Below, piece by piece: positions 25,211-39,678 of a stretch of DNA of 64,000 bases. The notes beneath the pieces were generated by a model. That model had not been told where the DNA came from, did no database searches, and saw nothing but the letters and a program-made list of their open reading frames with translations. Position numbers and translations under genes: made by a program. Source of the stretch: Lytechinus pictus. Lineage: Eukaryota. The stretch lies in the NCBI RefSeq assembly GCF_037042905.1, contig NC_087245.1, positions 43,526,001 to 43,590,000 of the forward strand. The letters are read 5' to 3'. Positions within the stretch are counted from its first letter, which is position 1. Every line of letters starts with the position of its first letter.

Positions 25211-27138
25211 CACCCACTCTTTAGTTAGTGTTTGTGGCGTTTGTAGGTAAAAAAATAAATTAAAAAACGATGATAGCACTTTTGAAAAAACAATTAAACA
25301 AATTAAACATTCTCTTGGCATGAATTGTGGATTTTTTGGCATGTTAGGGACGAAACGACGAAACTCATTTTGCGGACATACTAAATGGCGGCGTCAATCC
25401 CAGAGCAATTTATAGTGTCATCTCCAAGCGATGCGGCATTGACGATAATCAATCTCAAAATTGATTTGAGTGAAATTAATGTCAGAAAGACGGTCAATAT
25501 TACTGTTTTTGGGGATTATAAAATCCAGTCTCAACTACCATATTCGTTAAAACAGCGGTTTGGATGTTTATACGCAAAATTAGCAACGACTGTCTGGCAG
25601 CGTTTTTTATTGACATTTGCCCCCATTTGTCATGTTTGTGATCCATAAAATAGAATAAATATAATAAGTAGCTCCTGGAGATGAATATGAAATACTCTGC
25701 TACGAATCTATTTAGCACTAATGGGCTCGGCGCTGGTGCTCGTGAATAATCAATAATCTTATTACCTTAATGGCTTATATATAATAGCACCAAGCCTAGC
25801 TGTATAGGCTGTCCTTGGTAATGGGAGCGCGAAGACACAAACAAAAGACGATAAATCCGGTACATTTGTATTATTTAGCTTTTCAAAAGCTTTAGACCTT
25901 TGAATCCTTAATTGATGTCATATTCGATAGCAAGCATCAATTAATTATATGAGAATATTACATGTTCATAAACCTACTTCACTCTTTTTTAACTGGGCCA
26001 CGCAATTCCAAATTAGTTTAATGCAACGTTAGTTAAAATAAAATGGAGAAAGGAGGGTAATTAGAATTACTGTTCTGTTCTCCGCCACGAAAGCTACATT
26101 TCACCATGTTTACAAGGAAGGGTAAATTAGATGTGATGCTAAATATTTCAGAAATGACTGTTATGACATCGACGTTTTGCCCCTCCCCCCCCCCCTATTT
26201 TTTTACGACCGAGAAAAAAAAGAGAAAAGGAAAGGGATAAGGGTAAAATATAAGCCTATTATTTTCCAAAAATGCTATGTCAAAATCTATCAAAAACTTT
26301 GATTTTTGTAATACAAATTTCGAAATTTTTGCTCGCTCGCTTCGCTCGCTCGCAACTTACTGATTTTACGCGATACGCCGTATTGAGCCCTCTCAAAATT
26401 TTTGGCTCATTACGCCACTGGGACAACCCCTTCAAAGAAGCAAACAAAAAAAAATCAACTTTGAGCGTCCGATCGGGGAAAATGTGGGTGAAAAAAATGT
26501 CGGGCCCCCCATATTGGCGGGAGCTGGATCCGCCCCTACTTACCTATATCAGCTCCAAATTCAGTTGACTATATTGTGATTTTTAACCTTGTTTTCAAAA
26601 GTGATTGTGAACGCACAAAAAGGGATAGAATGGAGGAAATTAAGTTAATAATTATCCCCGCGCGAAGCGCGGAAGCTAAAGCGTTTTATCAATTTTTTTC
26701 CAAAGAAAAGGGTCCCAAGATAAGTTGTATTGAATGCTTCCCTTTGAAAGATCAGATTTGATTACAAACAATTTAGCGATCACAGTGCATTTCTTTAACT
26801 CGCAATACAGAGAAGAAGAAGGGTATGTGCCGGGAGGAAGACATCCCTCCCCGCGCAGAGCAATGAAACTCTGAAATTTCAAAGGGCGGACGTTTCATCA
26901 AATTCAGATATCTCTAATACCCCATCGGCTCTAATTCAATTGATTTTCTAAGATTATTGAACTTCATTACAAGGAAAATAGTGCGCAAAAAGTTGAAACT
27001 TCTGTGATTTATTGACATTATATAAAACAGGATGATGTATAATTTCTTTGACTTATCCTGAAGTGCTTCATTTTGAATGATAAAGAAACTTAAGTGCCAC
27101 TAAAAAATTCAATCCGAGGGCGGCAAGTAGGACAGGAG

Positions 27139-30100
27139 ATGATTGATTGATTGCATTTATTCTTTTTCATTCCAAAATTTAACAAAAGTTACAATGTAAA
27201 GCAAAACACAAAATTATAATATACAGAAATGAAAAAAGGGAACCCACTGGAAAGCAAAGCTTGTTAGTATGGGTTCCCTGCAATAAATAGTTAAAGTATA
27301 TCTTTGATCAATGAAATTCAAATCGTAAATTAAAAAGGTTTGTACAAGGAAAAAGAATACTAGTGGGGTTAAGCTTTTTATGCCTACTCACTATGTGACA
27401 ATTAACAAAAAGAATATTATATCATACCCATGCTGTATAAAAAAAAAAAACCCTGAGTTCAGGAGTGTGTGAACAGACAATCACTTGGACAAGACAGGAC
27501 GAAAACTAAAAACAAAACAAAAACAACAAAGGCACACACACACAAACAAAAACAAAACAGGGCAGAACAGAATAGGACAAGACAGCGAAAAGAAGAGGAA
27601 AAGAAACAAAACAAAACACACTACAAACATAGACAAACAAAAAGATTAGAAAAGCAATATAACTAGACATTAAGGTGATAGGAAGATAGAGAGAGAAAAA
27701 AAAATGTGAGAGGAGATGGGGGAAGAGAAGAAGGAAGAAAGTAAGAAGGGAAGAAGAACAAAAGAGGTGGTAGCTGCTTACACAGAAACGTTTGAGTTCT
27801 GGGGTTTATACCCAAGGATAATAATTTTTTTTAACCCTCTGCTGAAACTTAAATGTGTTGGTTTTGTTACGTAATGATTCTATAAGGGAGTTCCAAAGTT
27901 GGATACCTGTAAAAATAAATGTTTTATTCCAAAGGATGGTTCTAGCTCTTGGTGGATGAAAGAGCCCGGCGGACCTAGTAGGATAATGATGAATATCGAC
28001 ATTTTTAGTAAACATGGAATAAAAAATATTTGGAAGTTCATTTTTATCTAAACTATACATGAGTTTTTCGAGATTGTATCGATACAAGTCACCAATCTTC
28101 AAAATATTATATTTATAGAAAAGTTCGTCAGTGTGTGAACGAAAATCTGCATGACAAATAATACGAATAGCCTTTTTCCGCAAGAGTAAAATTCTGTTCA
28201 GGAGGCAGTCAGCACAATTCCCCCATGCTGTTAAACCGTAGTTTAAATGAGGCAGGATCAAAGTTGAATACAAATTAAATAGTATGTGAGTGGGAAAGAA
28301 AAAAATTACTTTGCTTATGATACCAATATTTCTCGAAATAATTTTTACAAATGTGATCTACGTGTTCTTTCCAGGAAAGATTATTATCAATAGTTACCCC
28401 GAGAAATTTATTACTGCCAACTCTTTGTAAATTAGTTTTTTTTTCGAAAATTATATTACCTGGAAGATCATCTATGATATTACTAAAGAGCATATAATTT
28501 GTTTTTTGGAGATTCAAGGATAGTTTATTAGCTTTGATCCATTCAGAAACATGTACTAGTTCGTGATTAATGGTGGCAAGCAAATGGCGTGGATCCTTAT
28601 GAGAGAAAAAAAAATCGTCAGAATCGTCAGCAAACAGAATAAAGGATAAATTATTGGAGGACTTACAAAAATCATTTATGTATTAAGGAAAAAGTAGGGG
28701 GACCCAAAATAGAGCTTTGCGGTACCCCACAAGTAACAAGTTTTGTGTCGGAGTTAAAATTTTCGACAGAGACAAATTGTTTTCTATTGTCTAGGTAGTT
28801 CCTGAACCACTCCAAGGCTATTCCCCTGACTCCATAGTAATTAAGTTTGTGTAATAAAATTTCATGATTAATGGTATCAAAAGCCTTGGAGAAGTCCAGG
28901 AACACCCGAACAGTATGTTGAAACTTGTCGATTCCGCTGGCAATCTTATCAACTATTGTTAATAATGCATGTGTAGTATTATGATTTTCACGAAAACCAA
29001 ATTGCAAGGGATAAAATAAATCATGCAAATTAAAGAATTTCGTCGTACGAACAAATATCAATATTTCAAGTACTTTAGACAAACAGGCCAGCAGTGATAT
29101 GGGTCATTAATTACCTAACGCAGTACTGTCACCTTTTTAAATACAGGTATAACTCGAGCTAGTTTCAGCGATGAAGGAACAATCCCAGTAGACATACATA
29201 AATTATAGATATATGCCAAGGATTTAACAATGGTATTACGATCCTTTTTTTTAACAATATATTATTGATGCCATCATGCCCCGAGCTTTGCTTTCTTTTT
29301 AAGCCATGAATTATATCCGCAATTTCTGCCTCATCTGTAGGAGAAAATATATATTGAATTTGGGTTGGGGTCATGAAGAAAATCAGTAAAGTGTTTTGTA
29401 GAGTCCGGAACGAGTCCGGCAAGATTTGGGCCTAGACTGGAAAAATAATCATTGAAAGTGTTGGCCAAAGTAAGTGGTTTTTCTATAATTTCGCCATCAA
29501 CATTTACTTTTGAAACAATAAAATTTTATTTAATTACCATGCAAAACATTCGTAATTATTTTCCAGGTATTTTGTATATCATTTTTGAATAACTGAAACT
29601 GATTACAATTTTTTTTTAAACTTTTCCTAAGTATACCAGTAAGAATGTTCCTGTTATCTTTGTACTTTTTCTTGTTCTTATCACATGGTTTAACAATTGA
29701 TTTCAAATAAAGATTATTCTTCCTCTTAATGGATCGTAAAATACCCTTGGAGACCCATGGGGACCTTGGAATCTTTTTGTAGTTAGATCGTTTTTTGCGG
29801 ATTAAAGGAAAACAATGATCCATCTTAGAAGATGTTAAGCTCATGAATGATTCAAAGGCATCATTTGCATTTTCTATAGTGTAAATTCCAGACCAGTCTG
29901 TGTTTTCTAGCTCTTGCATAAAGTGTTCTATATTGTTTTCAGAAAAATTACGTTGTGTATATGAAAAGAAACCGAGTTCGCCGAGAAATCTTTATTGAGT
30001 TGGAAATGGAGGAATATTGGAAAATGGTCAGATAGATCGTAGAGAATTCTGGTAGGTTTAGTAATTGCTGGTAAAAAACCCGCAGTAAGGAATGAATCCA

Positions 30101-30830
30101 TGAATTTTTGTATGAATGCATCTGAATCATATTTTAAGAGGTCTGCATTAAAATCCCCTCGTAAAAAGCATTTCTTATGAAGCATGATAGGGTGATTTAA
30201 TAATTCATTGAAATTGTTCAAAAAGTCATCACGAAGATAGTTTGGAGGTCTGTAAATAACCCCAATTACAATGTTTTTATCATTTGGAATAACTACTTCA
30301 ATAAATAAACCTTCTATAAAGTTATTCATGCAGTTCAATTCTGGCCTCAGCCTATACTCGTACCGTTCAGAAATATACAAACATATACCGCCACCTGTTT
30401 TTCTGTCCTATTATTCGTAATCAAATTATAACCAGGAAGTGAAAAAAATGTTAAATCAGTTTCAGAAGTAAACCAGGTTTCTGACAAGCCTATAACCGAA
30501 CAGTTGAGTTTCGAATTAAGTAAAACGGAATGCAAAGCATCAAAATTTGTATTGACTCTGTGAATATTGCAATGTAATATTAAAAAAAAAAACATCTTTA
30601 CTGGTGTTTAAATGTTTGTTTGCAACTTGACTTTCTGAATAATAATAGGAAGGTGCATGGTGATAGATACAATCATTTGGATCGGAGACAGAATCAAGAT
30701 TATTGTTTTGGGAGTTCATGGACTGGGCAACGAGATTGTGGAAAGCTTTATTTGAATTTTCATTGAAATTGGTATCTAAATCAGACTGAAAAGCGTCGTA
30801 TAATTCATCATTAATATAATTTTGGCGCAC
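27139..30830 (-). mobile_element. Decayed CR1/L2-group LINE (APE endonuclease and RT), frameshifted
   Basis: ORF pieces with GLSETW, IYRPP, GDFN, SDHFP, QFGFR, FLDFSKAFDT, GVPQ.SILGP and FADDS; (AATC)n tail at ~27140. Confidence 0.92.
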
Positions 30831-31359
30831 TTTAAACTCATGTGGCCCACTGTGCGCCGCCGCCGTCGGAAAAGCGGCGCCTATAGTCTCACTCTGCTTT
30901 GCAGGTGAGACAAAAAAAAATGAAGCGTTTAATCTCTTAACAAGTCTATTAGAAAAAAAGAAAGAAAAGGGAAAAAAGGAGGAGAGAAGAAAACATACTA
31001 GAAGGAAAGCAAGCAGAGGAAGAAACGGGAACGAAATAAAGGGAGAAAAATTATTGGAAAATAGAAAAAACTTACATGTGATTATATCAAAATGACAAGT
31101 ATGCGCCTCGCTCTCACATTGGCAATTGAGTGACATGTTAATCTGCTCAATGTGCTAACATGTAGTTTTAAATATCCCGTTTAAAAGTCAGTATGCACAA
31201 GTAACTCTGCTCGCGATTCGATTTCTTCATTATTTTGTTTTAGAGAGCTATGCACCATGTTCATGCTCACTAAAACGTGCTTATCCAGCGCTACGCGCTA
31301 GCATGATTTTTTTAGCTGAGATACGCATCCTCTCCGTAAAATCCGGCAAACAGTCCTTG

Positions 31360-31632
31360 AGTAGATGTACGGGAGGGGGTAGATGTCCGGGAGTAAATGT
31401 CCGGGGAGTAGAGGTCCGAGGGGTAGATGTGCGGGGGATAAATGTCCGGGGTAGATGTATGGGGGGTAGATGTCCGGGGATAAATGTCCGGGAGGTAGAT
31501 GTCCTGGGGGTGGATGTCCGGGGGTAGATGTCCGGGGGATAAATGTCCGGTGGGTAGATGTCCGGGGGTAGATGTCCTAGGGGGTACTTGTCCTGTGGGT
31601 ACTTGTCCTAAGGGGGGTGGATGTCCGGGGAG
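31360..31632. repeat. G-rich ~15-bp minisatellite (GGGGTAGATGTCCGG)n
   Basis: Directly visible degenerate tandem copies. Confidence 0.9.
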
Positions 31633-31633
31633 A

Positions 31634-33514
31634 AATTATTTTTCCCACCGTAGTTGTGAAAACCAATATGAATATTCATGACTTGCGTCTTCGGAATAAG
31701 AGTACGCACGCGCGTGGACTTAATCTCTACAAAATTGTGGTCGCGTTCGCGTTGCCATGAATGAATCAGCATCTTCAAATTGCCGGTACCCTTATATTGG
31801 CCTTAGGCTTAGATCCAATTCTGAAACACTTATCAACTTGCCATTAATGACAGGGAAAAATGCTAGGCCAGGCTATTATATATGTCTAGCCTAGGCTCAA
31901 ATCCGGACCTGTCTATATAATGCCAGCGGCTGACTGATGCCATGGTTAACTTAGAATATTCCGAACTTTACGTTTACTTACGTTAGACCAATGAGCTTGG
32001 TCGCCTTGGTTTGATAGGTCTGGTCCGTATATAGAACTACAGTGCGTATAAAAAAAACGGGACAGATTATTAAAAGTCTATGCAATTTTTGTTTCGAATT
32101 ATGATGTCTATATTTTGGTTTTAACAGGTGCTCTGAAGTCTTATCTTTCAACTGCCATTTAAAAAATTTAGTTTCGTTCATGCTTGAGCGAACACGGAAT
32201 GTTTTTGTCTGGGGTTATAAAGGAGGCTTGCGCCAAAGTGGCATAAAATGATAATTATGATGATCAGACTTATTGCTAATCAGCAGATTTCCCCTTAACC
32301 TTTTCATTATCTTTGCCATAATGATCAAATGCGGTCAAAAATCATTTTCAAATCTATTTATTTGCTTGAATTGTCCTGTTGTTGTTTCTTTTTAATATGT
32401 TCCCTTTTAGCTTTGAATATTCCTTCTTCAAGCAAAAACAATTTTTTATTAACCGAAGTATGGGAGAGCGAGTATTTTTTTCAAATCCTTTCATTGTGTG
32501 CTACAAAGGTTATGGTGCCTTTTGAACAGTGCCATACAGATGGGCGGGGGCACGGGGATGCTCCCCCCTCTCAATTAAAAAAATCATGACCAAGAAAAAA
32601 AAGTGGAAAGGAAATAAAAGGAAAGATAGAAAGTAAAATATGATATTATTTTCTGAATATTATGTCAAAATCTATCACAAAATTTGATATTGTAATAAAA
32701 AGTGGGTATATTCGCATGCTCGCTTCGCTCGTTTACAACGTTTTTATACATTTTATCCGATCTGCCATATCTTGCTCCTTCAAAATTGAATCAATACACC
32801 ATTGCCATTGAAAGACATGAATCCCTTCCTGTTGGCCTATCAAGCATATAATTAAACTTGGTCAAGGAATCAATAGCCCCTTGAAAAATGGATTCATGTT
32901 TTTTAAAGGTACCATAACATAATTTGTTTCACATCATAAAAGGATTTGAATAATTACAAGTTTTCCCAATTAATAATGCAAATCTTCTTGCTTGTGTTGA
33001 CAAAAAGTCTTCTTTTCTTACTTATGAAGAAAAATTCAAAGGTAAAAGAAATTTAAATGGAAAAACAAAATAATTCTAGTGAATGAATAAATTTGTAAAT
33101 AAAATTTGACAGCATAATTCGACAATTATGGCACAGATAATGAAAAGGTTAAGAGGAAGTCTGCTGATAAGCAAGAAGTCTGATCATCATATTACTCATA
33201 TTCTGCCATTCTGGCGCAAGCGTCTTTTTGAACCCCCGACAAAAACGTCCTGTGTTCGCTCAAGCATGAACAAAACTTATTTTTTTAAATTGCATTTCAA
33301 AGATAAGAACCCAGAGCATCTATTAACATAAAAATATAGATATCATAATTTGAAACAAATTTTTAATAGACTTTTCAAAACTGTCCCGTTTTCATACGCA
33401 CTGTAGATCAAATAACACAATTGCAGATTTGGAGCACGGGAAATTAAAAACTTAATAATTGGTAAAGAAAATGCAAATCGATCTATTTTGTTGATCAAGA
33501 CGGGGATCAAGATC
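31634..33514 (+). mobile_element. Diverged single-arm relative of the 19674 foldback element
   Basis: 31634-32037 aligns with ~19687-20140, and ACGGGGATCAAGATC is shared (33500 and 20441). Confidence 0.75.
32040..33403. mobile_element. Tc1/mariner-type non-autonomous element with TA TSD and long TIRs
   Basis: TA-CAGTGCGTAT...CGGGACAG and CTGTCCCG...ATACGCACTG-TA; the inverted arms extend ~250 bp. Confidence 0.85.
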
Positions 33515-33906
33515 GAGGCCCGTATTTTGAAGTCAGGTTTAATTTAGACCGCGGTCTCACTCTGTGCTAAAATTATGGGAAGCCAAAAGTGTCAAAATTT
33601 TTATTACATTGTATATTTCTAATGTTTACTGTGCTCTTCCCTGATTGTTCAATGGTGAAGGAATTATCTTATCCATACTTCCTTGAAAATTGAGAAAAAA
33701 GAGTGTCAAATGAGCTTAAATATTATATACTGTATCTACTGTTAGTGAATTATGTCACAATTGGCTATCCCTACTTAAACCACAACTTTAAACCTGACTT
33801 TAACACGCCCCCCCCTCTCCCCTTAATTTTAGGAGGCGTCAAAAGAAAGAGAGAAAGAAAAAAGAAAGGAAGGAAGAAAAGAAGGAGGAAAAAAGAGGAA
33901 GAAAGT

Positions 33907-33908
<2 letters not shown>

Positions 33909-34002
<94 letters not shown>

Positions 34003-34003
34003 A
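33909..34003. repeat. (GAAA)n microsatellite
   Basis: Visible perfect tract. Confidence 0.97.
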
Positions 34004-34329
34004 AAGAAGAAGGGAATAGGAAAAAGATAACAAGTAAACTGAACAGCGGAAAAAAAAGAAATATTTAAACCTATAGAATAGTATAAAAAACAGTTTTTAC
34101 TATGGAAAATACACAAATTTTAAACTCCCTCCCAATGCGATTTTGTTCAGGAAAACTTGACAACCAACATAAAAAGTTTTTTTCGCACTACGAAGAAGAA
34201 AATTAAAAAAAAAGAAGAAGAAGAGAGCAAGATAAGAAGAAAAAGAAATATGAATAAAATAAGAGGAGTGGATAATTGGAAAATGAAAAAAAAATATATC
34301 AGGTCACTATTTAATAAAAAAAAAATCTG

Positions 34330-35090
34330 CTCACACTTCGCGCTCGCATTTCCTCCTGTTAAGTGAGATACAGTAATCTGCTCATTATGATACCATGGAG
34401 ATTAGAATAGGCCTATCCAATTGTAAAAAGTCAATATGTACAAATTATTTTGCTTGAGATTTGAGTTTCCATCGCATTCTGTTCATGCTTACAAAAAGTA
34501 CTAAAAATCAGCTAGCGCTATGCGTTGGCATTATTTGATAGGCAAATGTAGTGAGATACGTAATCTCTTCATGTATTACAGAAGAGAGAAATTCAAGTGT
34601 TACCGTTTCAAGTCAGTATATCACTTATTTTCATCTCGCTCCTCGCATCAATTGTTTAGTAGCATGACCATCCCATTAATCATTTCAAAAAGTGCTTAGA
34701 ATCCGAGGTTTTAGGTCAGATTATCATTATTTTCAGCTCGCGCTTCGCGCTCGCATCAATTGTTTAGAGAGATAACCATCCAGGTCATGGTCACAATAAT
34801 AAGTGTATTAGAATTTTAAGGTTTGGGTCGGAATATTGAAAATGTTTAGTTCGCTCTCGCATAAAATGTTTAGTTAAATAGCCATTCTGTTCATGCTCAG
34901 AATGTCCCAATTTTATGTCAGATTACCAAATATTTTCAGCTCGCGCTTCGCGCTCGCATCAATTGTTTAGATTGATACCCATCCTGTTCATGGTAACAAA
35001 AGTGCTTGGAATGTCCAGTTTTTGGTTGGAATAACAACATTTTTGAGCTCGCGCTACGCGCTCGCATAAACTGTTTAGTTAGATTCCAGT
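34330..35090. repeat. Degenerate ~100-120-bp tandem repeats with a GCTCGCGCTTCGCGCTCGC core
   Basis: Core recurs at ~34736, 34939 and 35047. Related arrays lie at ~37130-37480 (inverted) and 58230-59400. Confidence 0.75.
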
Positions 35091-35679
35091 CTATTTGACA
35101 GGGAAGAAATTTATTGCATTTTAATCTTTCCTATAAGACTTGATCTAGGTTAAAGATAGTACATGTGTTGTAAATATTTCAACCCCGGTTATAGTTTGTA
35201 CATACATGTGTTTGGAATATTAATTAAATCCCAGTCAGGTGGATGCCACATTTTATACAAGTGTTGGAAATATCAGTCTTTAATTAATTCAGTTGTGCAG
35301 ATAATGTTTTATTTGATATGCTTTATGCGCTCATCTGTTCTTTACATTTTTAGGGGTGCTTTCCTAGTTACGATAGGGTATATTAGGGGGTTGATTTTAA
35401 TTTATCAGGGAGAACCACCTTACGCTATTAAAGATAGACCATAGATCTCCGTTTAGGCAGAAAAAGTTATCTGAGGGAGTCCACGTTGTAAAAAATGATT
35501 TATTACGAAATGTACTTTGATGATTGTGGAAAATGAATATATCAATAAATAAATAAAATAAATACATAAATACGAGCCCAGCTGCCGCCCGGTTCTCCAT
35601 GGACATGATACGCTATTCATGTCAATATTCAGGGCTCGATCTTGTCCATAATCGTCGAAGTCTGATCTGAGGGGCATCG

Positions 35680-35822
35680 TCATCTGCGGAGGCCAAAGGA
35701 CCATCTACCAGGGCCAAGTGGAGGAAGCAATGTATCTGCGGAGGCCAGGAGACCGTCTACCAAGGGCCAAGTGGAGCAACGCCAGCTGCGGAGGCCATGG
35801 ACTGACTGCCAGACGCCGAGTG
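35680..35822. repeat. ~50-bp tandem repeat, 3 copies (CTGCGGAGGCCA...GGGCCAAGTGGAG)
   Basis: Three visible degenerate copies. Confidence 0.8.
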
Positions 35823-36399
35823 GGGCGTGTCGCATACAGATGGACGATGATTCTTCTTTATTTTGCCTAAGTTAAGTTCTATTTATTTGTGATCATTATC
35901 CATATACGTTTATGTACAAACCAAAGAAAATTTTTAAGAAAAGATCTAAACATTAAACTTGATTTTAACTTTATACAACTTGTTTATTCATCCCTTATTT
36001 GGTGTCTCAAGTAGCAGTAAATAAATATTTCCTTAAAAAAGTCACTTCACGTGACAATTTGGAGGTCCCACCGAGATTTACTGCTATTTATCCATTTAGA
36101 CACTGTTAATTGAAATATTTGAAATTATTCTGGAAAGGGCTTAATAATTCTATGGTCAACTTTCTCTGATACGAAATTAATGATGTCATTATGGTCTTTT
36201 GATATTGATATAATGGTTTAGTGGTTTCTCCCCAAGGTTACGATTGAAGAAAAGATCTAAAAAAAACTCAGCTCGCACTACGCGCTCGCATAAAATGTGA
36301 AGTTTACACTCTGTCCATTCTGTCATGATTATAAAAAAGTGCTTAGAATGTCTAAAGTTTAGGTCAGAATTTCAATGGTTATCCAACTAATAGCTAATC

Positions 36400-37050
36400 C
36401 AATAATTCATATCATAAATTTATCTTTTTGTTCCCGTAGAGTCCCTAACAAAATGAAGATAGTTAAAATATTCCCTGTACAAAAAAGGTGACAAACGTCT
36501 CTTTTCGAATTATAGACTAATCACTTTTATTGCCTTGTTTTTTTTTATATTGGGAACAAATTGTAAACAATAGAACACTTTTTTATTGAAACAAACACTT
36601 ATTACTAAATAATGCCCAGTATGGATTCAGACCAAGGCACTCATGTGAGCATACTCTTATTGATTTACATAATCTTTCAAAATAATCTACACTCTTTTGG
36701 CATTTTCCTTGATTTAAGCAAAGCATTCGACGTTATTGATCATGAAATTCTTATGTATAAATAAAAACATTTTGGTGTTCGGGGCATACCATGGGATTGT
36801 TTTTTTAGTTATTTCAACAATAGTTATCAATTAACTTTTATTGCTGCCAATCTTCGTATTCTCAAGTTCAATGCGGAGTACCGCAAGGCCACTGGAGCCA
36901 CTTTTATTCATTTTGTATGTCAATGATTTATGTCTTGTTTCTTTTCTCCGCTTTATACTTTTCGCAGATGACACTAATATAATTCTAATAAACTTTTAAA
37001 TGAAACTAACACACGGAGTAATGTAAAGACTGGTTTGGCGCCAATATCAA
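36400..37050 (+). mobile_element. Highly decayed LINE RT fragment
   Basis: Translatable remnants QYGFR, FLDLSKAFD, CGVPQG, YVND and LFADDT. Confidence 0.75.
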
Positions 37051-38536
37051 TGGCATACCGTGGATCACGGCATGGGGGGGGGGGGGGGCACCAGCAAAAA
37101 TTTTTGAGTCACTTAGTGGGCGCGCGAATGGCGCTCAATTGCCAGGTAGGCCTATACTGACCTGATTGTGCCATTGAACGGATATGTATCTCACTGATCA
37201 ATTAATGCGAGCGCGAAGCGTGAGCTGATTTTTTTATTCAGACCTAAAAAAGAGACATTATAAGCTATTTTTACAATCATGATACATACCTGTCTCACTA
37301 AAAAAACAATGTGAGCTATACAAATGATGCGAGCGCGAAGCGCGAGCTGAAAATTTTCGATATTCAGACTAGAAAAATTGACATTTTAAGAACTGTTTTT
37401 TTTTTATTCATGAGAGAGCTAACATATATCATCAATCTACTAACGCGAACGTAAGTAGGGATTGGAAATGTTTTATATTCAGACCTTAAAAGGGGGTAAT
37501 CACTTAAAGTATACATACAAAGAAAATTCACGAAAGTGATGATTATAGACAAATTATATATGAATGGAAAGGTCTTGTCTTTTTATACACAAATATGTGA
37601 CTAAAAAGTCTTATTGATGTCGTGGAAATGCAAGAAATGAAATTATTAGAGACCCTTTCTCAGCCCCCCAGCCGCCCCCAGACAGACAATCACGCGATCT
37701 AAAACAGTCGAGAATAATGACGTCACATGATCGACTCACTCAGCTCTCTGTGCAAGCCAGCAGTACACTGATAGCTGATTTACCTTCCTGGTCTCTATTT
37801 TTCTTCGAATTTACCGTTTTCTTTATGTATCGTGATATCCGAATTCTGTTTTCGACAACTTCAGACTATAAGGGAACCAGAACTGTGTTACTTTGCCCGT
37901 TTTTTTTATTGAATTGTGAACTGGAAAGATCGATTTTGTCCACTCGACAGTCTTCGTTGTGTTGCTCTACTAACTATTGAAAAACTCCAAGCTGCACGGT
38001 CCCATTCACTTGCTGCCGATGCATGTTGCAGGTTACGCTGTTTGATCCAGTCAAAAGTCAAGGTAAGCATGTTTGGAAACTGTACTTGTTCTGACGATGC
38101 ATTCAGGTCAGATGACAGATACAGATCTGATAGTAAGTTTAGAATCATGCATTTTGGCATAACTACTATTAAAATTAAAAAGTCTTTATTTTAGAAATAA
38201 TGTTTTTGCACAATTCCAGCAGATTTTTTCTTCAGATTTCTAAAACTGGTCAGGACTCAGGCAGGCGATTAAATTATTTAGGAGCACTGGTATGGACCAT
38301 GGCTGAAAATCTGCTGTTTCAGAGGAATGTTTAAGTTTTTATTATACACAGAATTATATCACCATGATGCCGATGTCATGAAGCCAGACAAATTTTCAGC
38401 AGTGATTACCCTGATTCCTGGCCAAAATTAGAGTCTGGTGTTTCTTTCTGATTAGAGTGCATATATGTATGCGTAATGCCTTCAACAATGAAGATAAATG
38501 CAATCTTTGTAGGGCCTAATGACACAGAGAGCACCG

Positions 38537-38685
38537 TACCTCAAGTGATATTCGTGTAGTCTCCACTTCACTACTGCTACAGCCTACACTACGCTACACA
38601 CCTACCCGGGTAGGTGTGGCGTACATGTACGGTAGTGTAGCGGTAGTGAAGTGGAGTGGGGCCTACACAAACATCACTTGAGGTA
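38537..38685. mobile_element. 149-bp hairpin MITE with 8-bp TSD (hAT-like)
   Basis: TACCTCAAGTGAT...ATCACTTGAGGTA flanked by GAGCACCG and GAGCACCA. Confidence 0.8.
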
Positions 38686-39678
38686 GAGCACCAGTGTTCT
38701 GAGTGGAACTTTTCAGGTGTCTAAACCTACTATCATTTGTTGTTGACCGGGAATTACATGCCACCGCACGTCATCAATCATCACGATAATTAAATTCATA
38801 CTTTGATTTGATTATTTAAACTATTTCTTTTTTTCTCTCTTCTACACACAGATCTGCACACTTGCTGACTCTGGTGACTTCTGGTCTCTGCTTGCTACCT
38901 CAATCTGGGAGATTCCATCATGTCCTTTTACTATGATTTGGATATAGCCATTTTTTTCTTCACTCTTTCCAGGACCTACGGTTTGCAAGTTGTGGACTGA
39001 TAATGATACAAAAGAAAAATTTTCTTTATCAATCTTGGAAACAATTTTGAGCACAGTTTTGGAGAGAACTAAGAAATTTGACTTGAACAGGAATACAGCT
39101 TGTCAAAAATAATAACACACAATTTAAAACGAAAGAACAATTTTAATGTTACTAGGGCATTTTGCGAGAAATTTTATACTCAATCACACGTCCCAAATCA
39201 AGGGTAAGTCCTTTGATTAAACACAAACATGTAGTTGAATTGCGATTGCAACTCGACCTTATTACGCTTGAATTTGAATTTAAGACTTACGCTTGATTTG
39301 CAATTGAACATAAGTTTCTTGCAGTGCCCCATAATTATGTTTTGTTATGAGATATTTAACGTGCTGATTTTTCTCGAAAGGTATAATATATTTGTCCTTT
39401 TAAACGGTATTTGAATATGGGTACGCCTTTTATTTGTTTTCCACAATATTTATTGCATGTATGAACAGAAGTGAAATATTTATTGTGAAGCACTGTGAAT
39501 GTTGTGTGCTGTTGTGTGATGGTTCATCATTTTTGTTATAAGACTGAAAGCCTGGTGGATATGAGGAAGTGGCCTGGATGAAAGAAAAGTGAACATGTGT
39601 CCAATTACTGATTTGCATATTCTAAGACAATTTTGTTTCTGGATAAATTTTGCTATGCATTCCCTACATTAAGAGTAA

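Noticed and set aside
33703..34366. Lys/Glu/Arg-rich and Phe/Ser/Leu-rich ORFs
   Set aside because: They are translations of the (GAAA)n and purine tracts.
37717..39054. Short ORFs as a third gene
   Set aside because: No recognisable domain or consistent exon chain.
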